Assembly (NCBI RefSeq): GCF_963921235.1
Contig: NC_086111.1
Span: 4,092,001 to 4,156,000, forward strand
Reading direction: 5' to 3'
DNA: 64,000 bases
From: Mobula hypostoma
Taxonomy: Eukaryota
In this document: positions 37,310 to 49,712 of the stretch, in pieces
How the letters are laid out: each line of letters starts with the position of its first letter
Position numbering within the stretch: the first letter of the stretch is position 1
The notes under the pieces: generated by a model
Databases searched by the model: none
What the model saw: the letters and a program-made list of their open reading frames with translations, nothing else
What the model was told of the DNA's origin: nothing
Position numbers and translations under genes: made by a program

Positions 37310-37815
37310 AGCCTGGTTTATACTTCTGCGTCAATGCGTCGCCGTAAGGTTTGCGTCGCCGCAAACCCTACGCAAAGCCGACGCGTGAGCCTGCGTTGCT
37401 GCGACGCGCACCTCTCCCAAAATGTAACCGTGCGTTGCGGCAATGCAGAACGTAAGAACTGTGATTGGTCCGCTTGGTAGCATCGCATTTCCTCCTACGC
37501 TGCTATAGCTTCCCACTGGGCGGCTGAAGGGCAGGGAAGGAACTCTGGCTGCAACGCTTTCCATAAAGCTTTACATACCTCCCAAATTATGGAGGACACA
37601 GTTTGCTTTTACGAAAAAAAGACGCTAGCGTCTTGTTTACCCCGAGACTACCATGACCATGAAGCCTTGTGCGGACAGGTGAGTGCGCATGTGTGATGTG
37701 CGTGAATTGCAGAGCGACACAGACACACCAACGCACAAGTATAAATGCACACAATGCGCGTAAGTCACTTGCATAGGTTATGGCGTCCAGTTAACACAGA
37801 AGTATAAACCAGGCA
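37310..37815. mobile_element. PIF/Harbinger-type MITE nested in the RTE
   Basis: TIRs GCCTGGTTTATACTTCTG / CAGAAGTATAAACCAGGC. TAA TSD at 37307-37309 and 37816-37818. CpG-rich. Confidence 0.85.
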
Positions 37816-38881
37816 TAACGTCTCTCTTGATTTTCGTAAACTGACTCACTTCTCCATCTATTCTTACAGCAGCAGTTTGTTCCCAGTACAGATTTCTGAT
37901 TAGGTGGAGGTCTTTCGAATCTAGATCTAGAGTTTCCTGTAATATTTCAAATAACTTCACTTTATCAAATGCTTTTGTGTAGTCGATAAGACAAACAAAC
38001 AAATCTTTTTGCACTTGAATAGCTCGTTCTGATAGTATCCTTAACATTAATATCGTATTTCTTGTACCTTTGTCTTTCACAAAACCACATTGTTCTTTAC
38101 CTATTTCAGCTTGTATCTTACTTTTAGCTCTTGTCATCAAAATTCTTAGAAGTATCTTAGTGATATGACTCATGAAACTTATGGTTCTATATCATTCACA
38201 TTCTATTGCTCCAGGTTTCTTAAGAAGAGTGATAAATACTGATTTTTTCATCTCTTCTGGTATTATTTCAGTCTCATAAATGTCATTGATTAAATCAGTA
38301 AGTTTTTCAATTCCATAATATTCAAGGGCGATAATTTGTTCTATTACTAATTCATCAGGACCTGCTGCCTTTCTTTTCTTCATTTTATTTATTGCATTAC
38401 GAAGTTCAGATTTTAAAATAATTGGATCTTCAATGTTCTTCTTAATTTCTGGTTTTTCGCCTCGATCGTCTTCAAACAATTCCTGAATATACTCAGTCCA
38501 TCTGTTCATAATCTCATCTTTTTCCATGATAATGGTATCGTCCTTTGCTTTCAAACATCCTCCTGAAGAACACAGGAGCTTTTTACCAGTGATATTCTTG
38601 ATTTGTTCATGTACCCTTTTTGGATCAGTAATAGGGATTATTTTGATTTGCTCACATTCCTGGTTTAACCATTCTTCTTTGGCTTTTTGACATAAGCTTT
38701 TAATTTTTTTTATCTAAGGACTTATATTCATAGGATTTGCTTTTTTCAGTCTCCTTTCTTCCATTAGAGTTTTGATTTCATCTGTCATCCATTTATTCTT
38801 TGTGCTTTTTTCTTTTTTAGGAATTACTGACTTTGCTGATTCTACCAAGGCATCCTTTTAGAGAATTAAATTTCATTTCTA

Positions 38882-39282
38882 CATAGAAACATAGAAAATA
38901 GGTGCAGGAGTAGGCCATTCGGCCCTTCGAGCCTGCACCGCCATTTATTATGATCATGGCTGATCATACAACTCAGAACCCCGCCCCAGCCTTCCCTCCA
39001 TACCCCCTGACCCCCGTAGCCACAAGAGCCATATCTAACTCCCTCTCAAATATAGCCAATGAACTGGCCTCAACTGTTTCCTGTGGCAGAGAATTCCACA
39101 GATTCACCACTCTCTGTGTGAAAACAGTTGACATATCAGGCCAAGACCCTTCATCGGTGGTGGAAAGGAAGGAGGGAAGAAATCAGAATAGGAAGATGGG
39201 GAGAAGGGAAGAAGTATTAGCCGGCAGGTACTATGTGAAACCAGGTGAGAGAGAAGGTAGGTGGGTGGGTGGAAGGTAGATG
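38882..39282 (-). mobile_element. Composite insert: young CR1 3' end (38882-39122) plus Penelope pLTR fragment (39123-39282)
   Basis: The CR1 part matches 19078-19325. The PLE part has a decayed hammerhead and purine-rich UTR. Confidence 0.8.
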
Positions 39283-40075
39283 CTATCATTGTTATCATCT
39301 TCAACAGATTCTATTTCTAGACTTTGAAATCTATTCCTTACTTCAATTGTAAATTTTTGTCTTAAGTTTTCTTCTTCAATTAATTGCGAGTAGTCAAGGG
39401 ATTGTTCAGGTTTTTGCTTCTTTAGTTTTTTAAGTTTTACTTTTACATGACATGTAATGTTATGGTCACTATTACAGTCTGCACCTGGATATGTTTTGCA
39501 TTGAGTCACTGAGTTTCTAAATCTATGGTTTATAGTAATAAAGTCAATTTGATTTCTGGTGCTTTCACCCGGACTGTTCCAGGTCCACAAGTGTCTTGGA
39601 TGGTTTGGCTTCCACAAAGCACTGATCTCAACATTATCAGGCTGTCTGGAATTACCTGGAGAGACAGAAGCAAGTGAGACAGCCAAAGTCTGCAGAAGAA
39701 CCGTGGCAAATTCTCCGGGATGCTTGGAACAAGCTATCAGCTGATTTTCTTCTCAAACTGTGTGACAGGGTACCGAAGAGAATTGATGCAGTTTTAAAAG
39801 CAAAGGGTGGTCACACTAAATATGGACCTGATTTAGTTCTTTTAAACCGTTTAATGCTCTTTACGGTGATTTTCTGATATTTCAAAACCTCATTTCTTTA
39901 TTCTTGGAAGCATCTTCACCTTACAGAATTTTTTTTACTGTATAAAATGTTTGCCACAGTACTGAATAAAACACTTGCCATAGTACTGAATAAAACGTTT
40001 GCCACAGTACTGTAATTTATCCTGAGATCTTTTTTCATTTACAGCCAATGCAATCCTATTGTCCAGACAACTTAC

Positions 40076-40185
40076 CTAAATGACTTATTCTGACTTCGAG
40101 GGGACGTGCTCGCTCCATCAGTCCCTGCTTCTTTCCCCGTCATCTCCGGCATAGGAGAATCTTCCATTGGTGAAATAATGTTCTC
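40076..40185 (-). CDS. TADA3: TADA3 coding exon 6
   Basis: ENIISPMEDSPMPEMTGKEAGTDGASTSPRSQNKSF. cag| and |GTAAG boundaries; 110 nt. Confidence 0.95.
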
Positions 40186-41208
40186 CTGAGAAGTGAGGGG
40201 AAAAGAGAAGAGCTCAGCAATGAAGTCTTCCACCTCTCCCTGCCAGCTTCTTACTTCATCCCACCTTCCCATCACCTGCTCTCATCTCACCTATCCCCAG
40301 TCCACTTGTACTACTTCCCTCCCAATTGCCCCCACCTTCTTATTCTGGCCCCTTTCTTTCCAACCCTGATGAAGGGTATTGGCCACTCTCTACTAGACTT
40401 GTTGAGTTCCTCCAACATTTTGTGTGTGATACCCAGCATTAATTTTGTCCTGGCCCTTCAGTCTAGTCAAAACACATCGGGAATAAATAAAGTGATCTTG
40501 GACAGATTTGAGGAATAACTAATTAAGAATGCTATGTCCAGTACAGATTATCAACTTCTTCAAGTAGTTAGAGAGTGGGGTCATTTCTTTTCTGACTAAC
40601 TCATGGGTTAACTAACTTTAAACCCAATCTGTGCCGAGTAGCAAGGAGATGACTTTAATTGACCTCGGCACTTCAAATTAAAGAGACACAGATTAGCATT
40701 TTGGGAAATGGCATGACTGGGTTTTACTTAATTGTCTACATCTTAATTGAATAATCCTACCAAGTAATATTGTTGGATCATATTTTGCTACTTGGATATT
40801 TTAAGGATAACCATTTTCTTTGAATTCATAGCTCGGAAAGAAGGTAGCATTTTCAATAAAGAAGGAAAATGAGAAATAGGCTGGTAAAAGAGGTAGTAGT
40901 TGATGGATCCTCCTGAAATTAATAGTTCACTCTTAGTAGTGTAAAATTCCAATTGTGACACAGGGTTACAGAAGCACATTAATCCCTGCAGAAGTAAAAA
41001 ACTGCATGTGCTGGTGGTTAACTGCTTCACATATCAGCAAGTTTCAGACCTCTGCACGTGCTCTGCGGCATGGAAAAGATGGCAGCACATCCAGTTCCTA
41101 TCCCCACCGATCTGAACTCAGTTTCAGATCTAATGGTGCTTTTGTCATGTCAAGCAGCTCGACACAACGTCAGAACATTAGAGGCTGACGGCCAACCTGA
41201 TCAAATTA

Positions 41209-41993
41209 CAGAGGATTTTGCTTAATTGGGATACATCAAAACCAATGATTTTGGCCCAATTAAGCGGCTGCCCAAATTAACCAAAATTTTATGGAAATAG
41301 TTAAAAAGACATAAAAAAAAGACAATCTGCTGTTCAACTGAGTAACAATTTATGTATTTAAATGAAATACAGAACAAATTGGAACACTACCAATACTACT
41401 ACAGTACTATAAAACTGTATATTAGTTACCAATTGTTATCAACGGAGAAATTCATCAGTCTACACAATGAACAAAATCAGCAGAGACACCTGGTGCAGAT
41501 GATAGACTGCCTTCATACAAGGTTTTTGACAATTGCATCTGCCAAATCTTAACTTCCGTTGTAACATTGAAAATGACTGTCGATACCTTCAAAATTTTCA
41601 TAGTTTCTAACTTGCCGAAGTAGTGAAATCATTTCATTTTTACTTCTGGCCATCTCTAGCATCTCCAAGCCTGAATGTTTAAAACTGCAGTAAGCAAAAC
41701 AGCTCTGAATTGTCTTACTGCTTATTTCTCACCAGTTATCAGTGACCAAAATCATTGCTTTTTCAACACAAATACACACAACTGATGCTATTTAAAACTG
41801 TCCACTCTAAGCACAGTGCAGCATCCAACTGTCACACAAGCGTGCATAACTGACGCTAGTTAGAATCTGTTCGGCAACAGTCTCCTGTCCCAATTAAGTG
41901 GCATAGTGTCCCAAATAAATGAAGGGAATCCCAGCAATTTTCTCAATTAGTTTTTGTTCTTTAAAAGTTGTCCCAAATATGTGGAATCCACTG
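41209..41993. mobile_element. Tigger/pogo-like non-autonomous element (copy 2)
   Basis: Colinear with 30725-31493; ends GGAATCCACTG-TA. Confidence 0.75.
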
Positions 41994-42634
41994 TAAATAA
42001 AATTATGAAAGATATATATGGGGTAGAGAGAAAGAGTCTTTTTCTCAGTGTCAAAATGTCAAATACTGAAGGATTTAAGACTAGAGTGTCAAAACTTAAA
42101 GCAGATGTGCAAGGCAAGATTTTTTAAATTTACACAAAGAGAGCTAGGCACCTCGAATATGCTGTCAGCAGAGGTGGTGGAAGCAGATATGATAGCAACA
42201 CTTCACAAGCATTAAGACAAACAAAAGAGGGAAATGGACCATGTGCATCTAGATGGGATTATTTAGACTGGCATCATAATCAGTGTAGGTATGATGGGCT
42301 GCAGGGCCTGTTTCTGGTCTGTATTGTTCCGTGTCCTGTTTCAGAATTAAATGAAATAAACAATCACAATGAAGCTGACGTATCTATCCAACGACCTCCA
42401 AGCCAATCAATCTGGTCCTCCACCAGTGCAGTTGCCCTGTGGCCCAGCAGGTGAGTAATGCTGTGTATTACTGGGGTACAAAAGACTCGTTTGATTCTTT
42501 GACACCCACCATTAAAAGGTGCAGAATGGACACTGGATACATACATGCAGATACTGAAAAACTAAAAAATATGTACAATATTACTGGGGATCCAAATGAC
42601 CTTGAAGAAATTTATGTTCTGCCATAACACTCAC

Positions 42635-42732
42635 CTCCACCAAAGCTTGGAGCAATCGTTGTGTAAGGGGCCCAAAGGGAGAAACATCTTCAGGCTGATC
42701 GTGTTGCTCCTTCTTCAGCAATGCATCCACAT
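42635..42732 (-). CDS. TADA3: TADA3 coding exon 5
   Basis: DVDALLKKEQHDQPEDVSPFGPLTQRLLQALVE. Poly-T acceptor, GTGAGT donor; 98 nt. Confidence 0.95.
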
Positions 42733-43981
42733 CTAACAAAAAAAAAAAAATTTACAACAAACAGATACATCTATATAACATTTTAAGGCCCAGAAAATAA
42801 TGCACAACCAGTCACAAAAGATGCAAAGTAATAGAAAGCTAAAAAGAGGGTGACTATAAATGTGGTCAAACAGCTTGAGTTTAAAAAAAGGTGTAGAAAC
42901 AATTGAGAGGGAGATGCAGTGAGAGACTTTGCTAGCTGAGATTGGTGTTAGAAGTGGCCAGAGCAAAGAGAAAAACTCATTGAAACTTCGTAGAAAATTA
43001 AAGTTCTGGAAATCAAACAGCTCATTGAATCAGACCAGTATTTTTAAAGAATATTCGAGCTAATTCTACTCTCCCGCACCGCTGCCATTTTTCCTCATTG
43101 AACTATTTATCTTTACATCCTTTGAAGGTCACTGTTAAATCTGTATCTAAATCCTAATTCCAAACCCAAACTACTTGGTCTATAATGTGTTTTTTTTTGC
43201 ATGTCACCTGATTCTTCAACCATCATCTTAATCTGTGTCTTCTGGTTAAAATCCTTCAGGTGCTGGAATATTTCCTCTCCATTTACTTTGTTTTAATTCA
43301 GACTGATTATGAAGTCTCTTTTCTATTTAAGACCAACTTTCCTTGTTGCATTTCTTTTACAGACTCTTCAAGGATCCCTCTGCCTTCACTCTCTAACAAA
43401 GTGCCATTTGCCATTTATGTATCAACAGCCTGGAGAAGAACAGAAAGAATAAGCTGAGATCATGTTTTTTTTTGCTGCAAATTTGGATTTTAGCTACTTA
43501 TAAGGGATTTCAGCAGATTAATTTGATTAGAGGTTTTACACAAATTCAGGATAAGCTGCACTTTTTTAAACAAAAAGCTGGAGTTATGTTTAGTGTCAAA
43601 ACAGAGTGAATGTTTTTTTCTGGTTTTCTTTCTTGGGAACGGGGAAACGGAAAGTGAGGGTGGCAAGATTTGAGGATGGGTGGATCAAGCTCAAGGCTGG
43701 CTGCCAGTAATTCCGATGGGAATTATACTGACCATTGCTCAGCCAATGGCACTCTGCCAGTCAGATCAGATGCATTAAGCAGATGTTTTCCAGTTGGTAA
43801 ACCCATTGAGGTAACTCTCCAGAAACCTTTCTTGAAAAGAAATATGAAGTGACTATATATAGCGCAAGAAGTAAAATAAGAAAAACGTGGTACTTTTCAA
43901 TGTGCTGGCATTATTATGAAGAGAAACGGACTAATAACACTTGCAGTGAAGTGCACTGTGCTGAAGTGAGGTCCAGCTCAC

Positions 43982-44123
43982 CTTTCGAGTCAAGCTCGGT
44001 TAAAGTTCCAAGCATGCCTTTCTTCTTCTCTGCTGCAGCCGCAGCACGAGCACCTTCCTTCTGCTCCTCCAGGAGGTCCTCTTGCGCCCAACGCTGAGAG
44101 TAATGTTTTCCCAAAGGAGGGAT
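43982..44123 (-). CDS. TADA3: TADA3 coding exon 4
   Basis: IPPLGKHYSQRWAQEDLLEEQKEGARAAAAAEKKKGMLGTLTELDSK; 142 nt. Confidence 0.95.
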
Positions 44124-45398
44124 CTGCTTGAACAAGGATGCAGTGGGAAATTATTGTAATGGAAAGGAGGGTGAAAGATTGAGGATCACCAATCTCTACT
44201 TCAACAGAATGACCACAGCTACCCTCTTCTGTCTCAGCCAACTTTCCTATTGAGCTCAGCCATTTGGGTGCCTGGCTATGACACAGGACCTCCCACTCCC
44301 AGATGTGTATATGTATTCATCTGTTTCAATCTCCTTGCTTTTCCAATGATCGTGTTTGGCCATTGCATTTTCTCTCTTACTTCAAAAGAAATTAAAATCA
44401 TCCCAGCTGCACCATGCAACGAGAGGCCAGAGCAATCCAGTGGTGTGCACTGGTTAACAGAGGCAGGTGTCGAAATCCTAGCACGGCAGCTAAGCAACTG
44501 AAGTATGGAATAAATCATCTCATTTGTGAGGTCTACAAAACAAAACTCATCTTTTAAGTGACTCCGTGCTTCACTAATACCTTTACAAAAGAAAATTTGC
44601 TATTGTTATACACAGTAACTCGCAAACGTCCCCCAAAAAGACCTGGCTCAGGTCATGTCAAAATGACAACATGCTAGGGGAGTGCCTTCAAAGGGATGGT
44701 TCAAGGCAGGATCTCTCCAGCAGCTACTCAGGACAAACATGTCAGCCTTCTTAGCAACGCCTCTTTCTGAGACCGATTGAGGTGGCTATGCCTGCAACTT
44801 TACTCTCCGTGCAAATGTCGTCCCCATTCATAGAGGGCTTCAGCAAACCATCAGAGGAATTTTAACCTGCTTGCACGTGTGGGAATAGTGCTAAATTTTA
44901 AAAGCACTTAATACCTCCTTTCACATTTACTTTAAAATACCAATAGCAGTTAACCAAGGTCACTGTGTAAATGAGTTGAAACTAATGAATACAAGCCAGC
45001 CAATTAATAGTTGCTAATTTCATTCCATCAGTAAGTCAGTCCCCAGTTATACAATCACAAAACAGATAAGAAAAGCTAAGTTAAGTTTAGCAATAATGGT
45101 TTGTAATGATTTTTTTTTACCAAAATGGAAGTTCTATGGCAACAATCTACTTTGATAGGCATGCCTGTTCTATCTGGACCACCTCATACCCTACTTTGCT
45201 GTGGGTGTTCTGGTAGCATCATCAGTCAACTAAACTAACAGGCAAAAATTTGCAATTAGGCTTCACATCCACAGCTGACTTTCCTCTTCCTTGCTTCAAG
45301 AGTAAATCCAACCTGCTTTCAAAAGCCTGCTAAAAAAACTTTCCCTTCAATTGTACCTTTACTTCACAACCCATGCCCTCATTCCTCTGCTTGTTCAC

Positions 45399-45504
45399 CT
45401 TGTAATACTCTGCTTCATCTTCAGGCGGTTTCAGAAGATCCTCGAGGATACGGATCTCTTCGTTGGTTATATCAGCACAGTATGGTTCCACTGATGCCCA
45501 GAAT
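45399..45504 (-). CDS. TADA3: TADA3 coding exon 3
   Basis: FWASVEPYCADITNEEIRILEDLLKPPEDEAEYYK; 106 nt. Confidence 0.95.
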
Positions 45505-46569
45505 CTACAACAGATGACCAAATGCAAACAACTCACTATTTACATCCAATAAATGTGGAGCCACCATTGATATAATTACTCAAACGCCAAAATAAAAACA
45601 GAAAGTGTTAGAGTTACTCAGCAAGCCAGGTAATAGATAACGGAAGAGAAGATTTAATGATTAATGACTTTCATTTCATTTGTACGGAAATGTTCTTTTC
45701 AATTTCTACTTGGTAGTTGCTGCCTATTCTGCTCAGTATCTCTAGCATGTTCTGTTTTTATTTTAAATTTCCAGATTTGTTGTTTTTAGATTTCACAAAT
45801 GTAGGAGACTGTAAGATTCAACAAAATTAATATAATCTGCTTGCAATTATTAGAAAGCTTCCAATATATCATCATCTGTAAGAGGTTTCAAGGACAAAAT
45901 TAGGGGTTTTAAAACTAACAGTGAAACTGCATTGATTTAAACTAATTTTGATTAAAGAAAAAGTATTTATGGTTAACATGGTTAAGAAGTGAACAATAGA
46001 GACATAGTCACTTAACCAGAGATACATTTACAGAACTGGATATTTCAATAAACTTTTCATTTTCCTTAAAAGTGATAAAGGTGAGAGACTAGATTGGGAT
46101 CCACCCCTGCTAGGTAGCTATCCAGACCAGGCCGTAAGGTTGTATGCAATTCTCAGCCCCTCTGGTTAGTGTGGACAACATCAAAGAAATGTTGTTGTTT
46201 TTCCTTCCAGGTTTTCCTTACCACTTACTTGCCACTCTCAGGAGATGAAATAATGCCAGCAGAGTACAGTAAATCTGATGGGAGTACTATAAACTCTGAC
46301 ACTGCCACAGATGGCTGTGGAGGCAACGTAATTGTGTATATTTAAAGCGGAGTTTGACAGGTAAGGGCATCAAAGGTTTCAGGGAGAAGGGAAAATGAGA
46401 TAAATCAGCCATGCTGGAATGGTGGAGCAGACTCAATGAGTCAAATGGCCTAACAAAGTACCTATGTCTTATGGTCTTATTGTCCATAGAGCACTAAGGA
46501 CATTACTCCTTTTCTGACCTACAGGTCTCACTGACAAAGCTACAAACTATTGGTAGAGCTAGAACCTAC

Positions 46570-46820
46570 CTATTTGGGGCATCATTCTTTGGAATCCTGG
46601 GAACATCCAAGGGGTCATCTGTAAACTCGTACTCCTGTATCTTAGGCTGTACATTTTTCGATTTAGGACGTCCAGGCCCAGGCCCAGTTCCATGACTGCC
46701 CTTCCCGTCGAGTTTCTGCTTCTTTGGCTTTCCATGTTTCTGTGGTGTTCCATGCTCATGTTCTTTCCCAAACTTTAACAGCCTCTTATCTCCTTTTTTA
46801 TCCTGCCAGTCTGTGAGGAT
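46570..46820 (-). CDS. TADA3: TADA3 coding exon 2
   Basis: ILTDWQDKKGDKRLLKFGKEHEHG...GPGPGRPKSKNVQPKIQEYEFTDDPLDVPRIPKNDAPN; 251 nt. Confidence 0.95.
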
Positions 46821-47254
46821 CTGAAATCAAAAGTTTAAATGCTTTCAAAAATATATATAATAGCTTTTCAATTTAGCATCAATGTTTACTCAATCAGAAA
46901 GTAAAAATGTGTGGGAGCTGGAACTGTCAGGAGATAACCACTGGAAATGCTCTTCTGAAACTGACTACGGGTCTGTTAAAGCTACATATTTTAAAAAAGG
47001 AGGATGACTCCATTTTGAGAACAGCTAAAGAAGTGTGCCACCCAGAGAATAAGCAACCATAAAATGTTGAAGGCGTAACTTTACTAAAATAATAATAAGG
47101 CAGATAGGAATCCATTGTTTAGGTCCACGATTACCACCATGTTAAATTAAATATATTCCTTCTAAATAGATAGATTCTCCACTACTACTCAACCGTAAAA
47201 ATGTTTTGTTTTAAATACTGATTTTAAAAAGCAGTAACACTACATCACAACTTA

Positions 47255-47461
47255 CAACATACATCAAAGTTGCTGGTGAACACAGCAGGCCAAGCAGCAT
47301 CTATAGGAAGAGGCGCAGTCGACCTTTCAGGCCGAGACCCTTCGTCAGGACTAACTGAAGGAAGAGTGAGTAAGGGATTTGAAAGCTGGAGGGGGAGGGG
47401 GAGATGCATCTTGAATTATGTTGCTTGAATTTCCAGCATCTGCAGAATTCCTGTTGTTTGT
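47255..47461. mobile_element. Short fold-back Penelope-like insertion in a TADA3 intron
   Basis: Inverted pLTR arms. TSD CTAC(A/G)TCACAACTTA at 47240-47254 and 47462-47476. Confidence 0.85.
47316..47353 (-). ncRNA. Minimal type-I hammerhead ribozyme motif (best-preserved copy)
   Basis: UAGUC-CUGACGA-A-GGGU-CUCG-GCCU-GAAA-G-GUC-GACUG: intact core boxes, stems I and II and GUC triplet; one stem III change. Confidence 0.65.
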
Positions 47462-47616
47462 CTACGTCACAACTTATCAGGATTGTCTTTTTCCATAATA
47501 GGAACAGACTCCTCCGTTTTGCCATGAATTTATAAATAGACTGTGAACCCTACTTCTCTATTCCTCTTTTGCACTATTTATTCAAACTTAAAATTGTAAA
47601 TTACTCTATAGTAATA

Positions 47617-49058
47617 CAGTGGTTTCCAGTTAATTGTTTTTTTTGCGCTATCTTACTTTCCATTTTTCTACTTATGATTTAAAATTTAAATTTTTAATAT
47701 TTGCTATCGATTTGTACTCCAGGGAGCGGGAAGCGCAGAATCAAATATCGCTGTGATGATTGTACGTTCTAGTATCAATTGTTTGGCGACAATAAAGTAT
47801 AAAGTATATGGGGACCAGTACATTTTAGTCTAATTAAGTGGCTGTCCCAATTAGCCAAAATTTCATAGAAATAGTTAAAAGGCATAAAAAAGACAAACTA
47901 CCATTTAACTGAGTAACAATTTATGTATTTTAATGAACAAATTAGAACACTGCCAGTGCCTCTACAAATGTGAAATAGTTATCAACGAAGGAATTCATCT
48001 ACCATATTCTTTTGACTGTGTGACGGAATCAGTGCAGATAATGGACTGCCTTCATACAATGCTTTAGACAAGTGCATCCTCCAAATCTTCATTTGCATTG
48101 TAACATTCAAAATGATTGCTGATACCTTTAAGTTCTTCCTAATTCCTGACTAGTCGAAGTAGTGAAATCATTTCATTTTCACTCCTGGCCATTTCTGGCA
48201 TCTCCAAGGCTGAATGCTTGAAACTGCAGTGAGCAAAACAGTTCTGAATTGTCTCACTGCTTAGTTCTCACCAACCATCAGTGACAAAAACCACTGCTTT
48301 TTGAACACAAACACTTGCAGCGGATGCTATTTAAAAACTGATCGCTCTAAGCACGATGTAGTGTCTAACAGCCACTAAAGTGTACGTGACTGATGCTAAT
48401 TAGATTAGATTCAACTTTATTGTCATTGTGCCGAGTACAGATACAAAGCCAATGAAATGCAGCTAGCATCTGACCAGAAATGCAAAGAATAGTGATATTT
48501 ACAAAATAACTGTGAATAAAAAGTAAGTGCTACAGCACACAAATATAAAAGTACTGAGACAATACAATATGGGTGCAATACTGCTTAGTGCTGTGATGTG
48601 AGGTTCAGCAGGGTCACAGCCTCAGGGAAGAAGCTCTTCCTGTGCCTGCTGGTGCGGGAGCGGAGGCTCCTGTAGCACCTACCGGATGGGAGGAGAGTAA
48701 AAAGTCCATGGTTAGGGTGAGATGCATCCTTGATAATGCTTTTCGCCCTGCCCAGGTAGCGTTTATGGTAGATGTTCTTAAAGATGGGTAATTGGGTGCT
48801 GATAATCTGCTGGGCAGTTTTCACCACACGCTGGAGTGCTTTGCGGTCCGATACGGGACAATTGCCATACTACACTGAGATGCAGTTAGAATCTTTTCAG
48901 CAACAGTTGGGCCTACTGCCCCAATTAAACGGCACCAGTGTGCCAAATAAATGAAAGGAATCCAGCTATTTTCCTAACTCAGTTATTGATGTTTAAGAAT
49001 TGTCCCAAATAAATGGCTGTCCCAATTAACCGACAGCCCAATTAACTGGAAACCACCG
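47617..49058. mobile_element. Tigger/pogo-like non-autonomous element (copy 3) with two nested Rex-like 3' ends (~47636-47806 +, ~48400-48885 -)
   Basis: TIRs CAGTGGTTTCCAGTTAATTG / CAATTAACTGGAAACCACCG. ORF 48585..48827 is a Rex-type C-terminus. Confidence 0.78.
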
Positions 49059-49505
49059 TATTTTATGATTAGCTGCCACAAAACAACATATTTCCCAACA
49101 TATATCAGTGATAATAAACATGATTCTAAATCAGATTCTGAACATGAGGACAAGGGTTCAGGAGAGAAAACTGGGTCCAAGAATATTAGTGTTGGTTTGT
49201 TATTGTCCGATGTACAGTGATACAGTGAAAAGCTTGTCTTGAGTACTGTTCATACAGGTCAAATCGTCACTGAGCAGGATAAGATAAAACAATAACAATG
49301 CAGAATGAAGTGTAAAAGCGACCAAAACCAGTGCAGTGCAAGATCAGACTAAGGAACCTTTAACTACTAATACACCACACTTGCGTATTGTTAGCTTTTC
49401 TTCTGTAAAGAGTACTTAATCAAATATTCATGTCAACATTGTGCAGGGAGCTTTGGATATCTATGACCTGACAGCACACAGGACAGGTCACAACATCATT
49501 CCTAC

Positions 49506-49712
49506 CTGCGTCTCTGCCTCTAAGATGCGTAGTCGCCGACTTGCCGAGGACAGCAACGTCTCCAGCTCCAACTGCAACGTGTCCAGTTCCTCAATTCCAA
49601 TCCCGTCGTCTTCCGAGCGTGATAACACAGCAGCATACCGAGGACACATCTTCGCGTGGTCTACTGGCTTGAAGTCATGGAACTGCAGCGGGCAATCTTT
49701 TAGTTCACTCAT
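49506..49712 (-). CDS. TADA3: TADA3 (transcriptional adaptor 3, SAGA/ATAC HAT module) coding exon 1. The exon extends to ~49740 as 5'UTR. Spliced CDS is 1293 nt / 430 aa.
   Basis: MSELKDCPLQFHDFKPVDHAKMCPRYAAVLSRSEDDGIGIEELDTLQLELETLLSSASRRLRILEAETQ. All eight exons join in frame with GT-AG introns. Confidence 0.97.

Larger units (their letters stand above)
36410..39605 (-). mobile_element. RTE-clade LINE (decayed endonuclease end plus RT)
   Basis: WTWNSPGESTRNQIDFI, EQCGFVKDKGTRN, RQGCVFSPDLFNVY, NNFRYADDTVLIA motifs. (GAT)n tail at 36410-36436. Confidence 0.9.
36348..40012 (+). mobile_element. Tc1-like element remnant split by an RTE LINE
   Basis: TA-CAGTAGTGTGTAAAAGTTTTA left end and TAAAACGTTTGCCACAGTACTG-TA right end. 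Transposase C-terminus (RIDAVLKAKGGHTKY) in 39674..39877. Confidence 0.75.

Noticed and set aside
39943-40012. Three 24-bp direct repeats as CRISPR-like
   Set aside because: Tandem without spacers, in a eukaryote; a duplicated Tc1 terminus.
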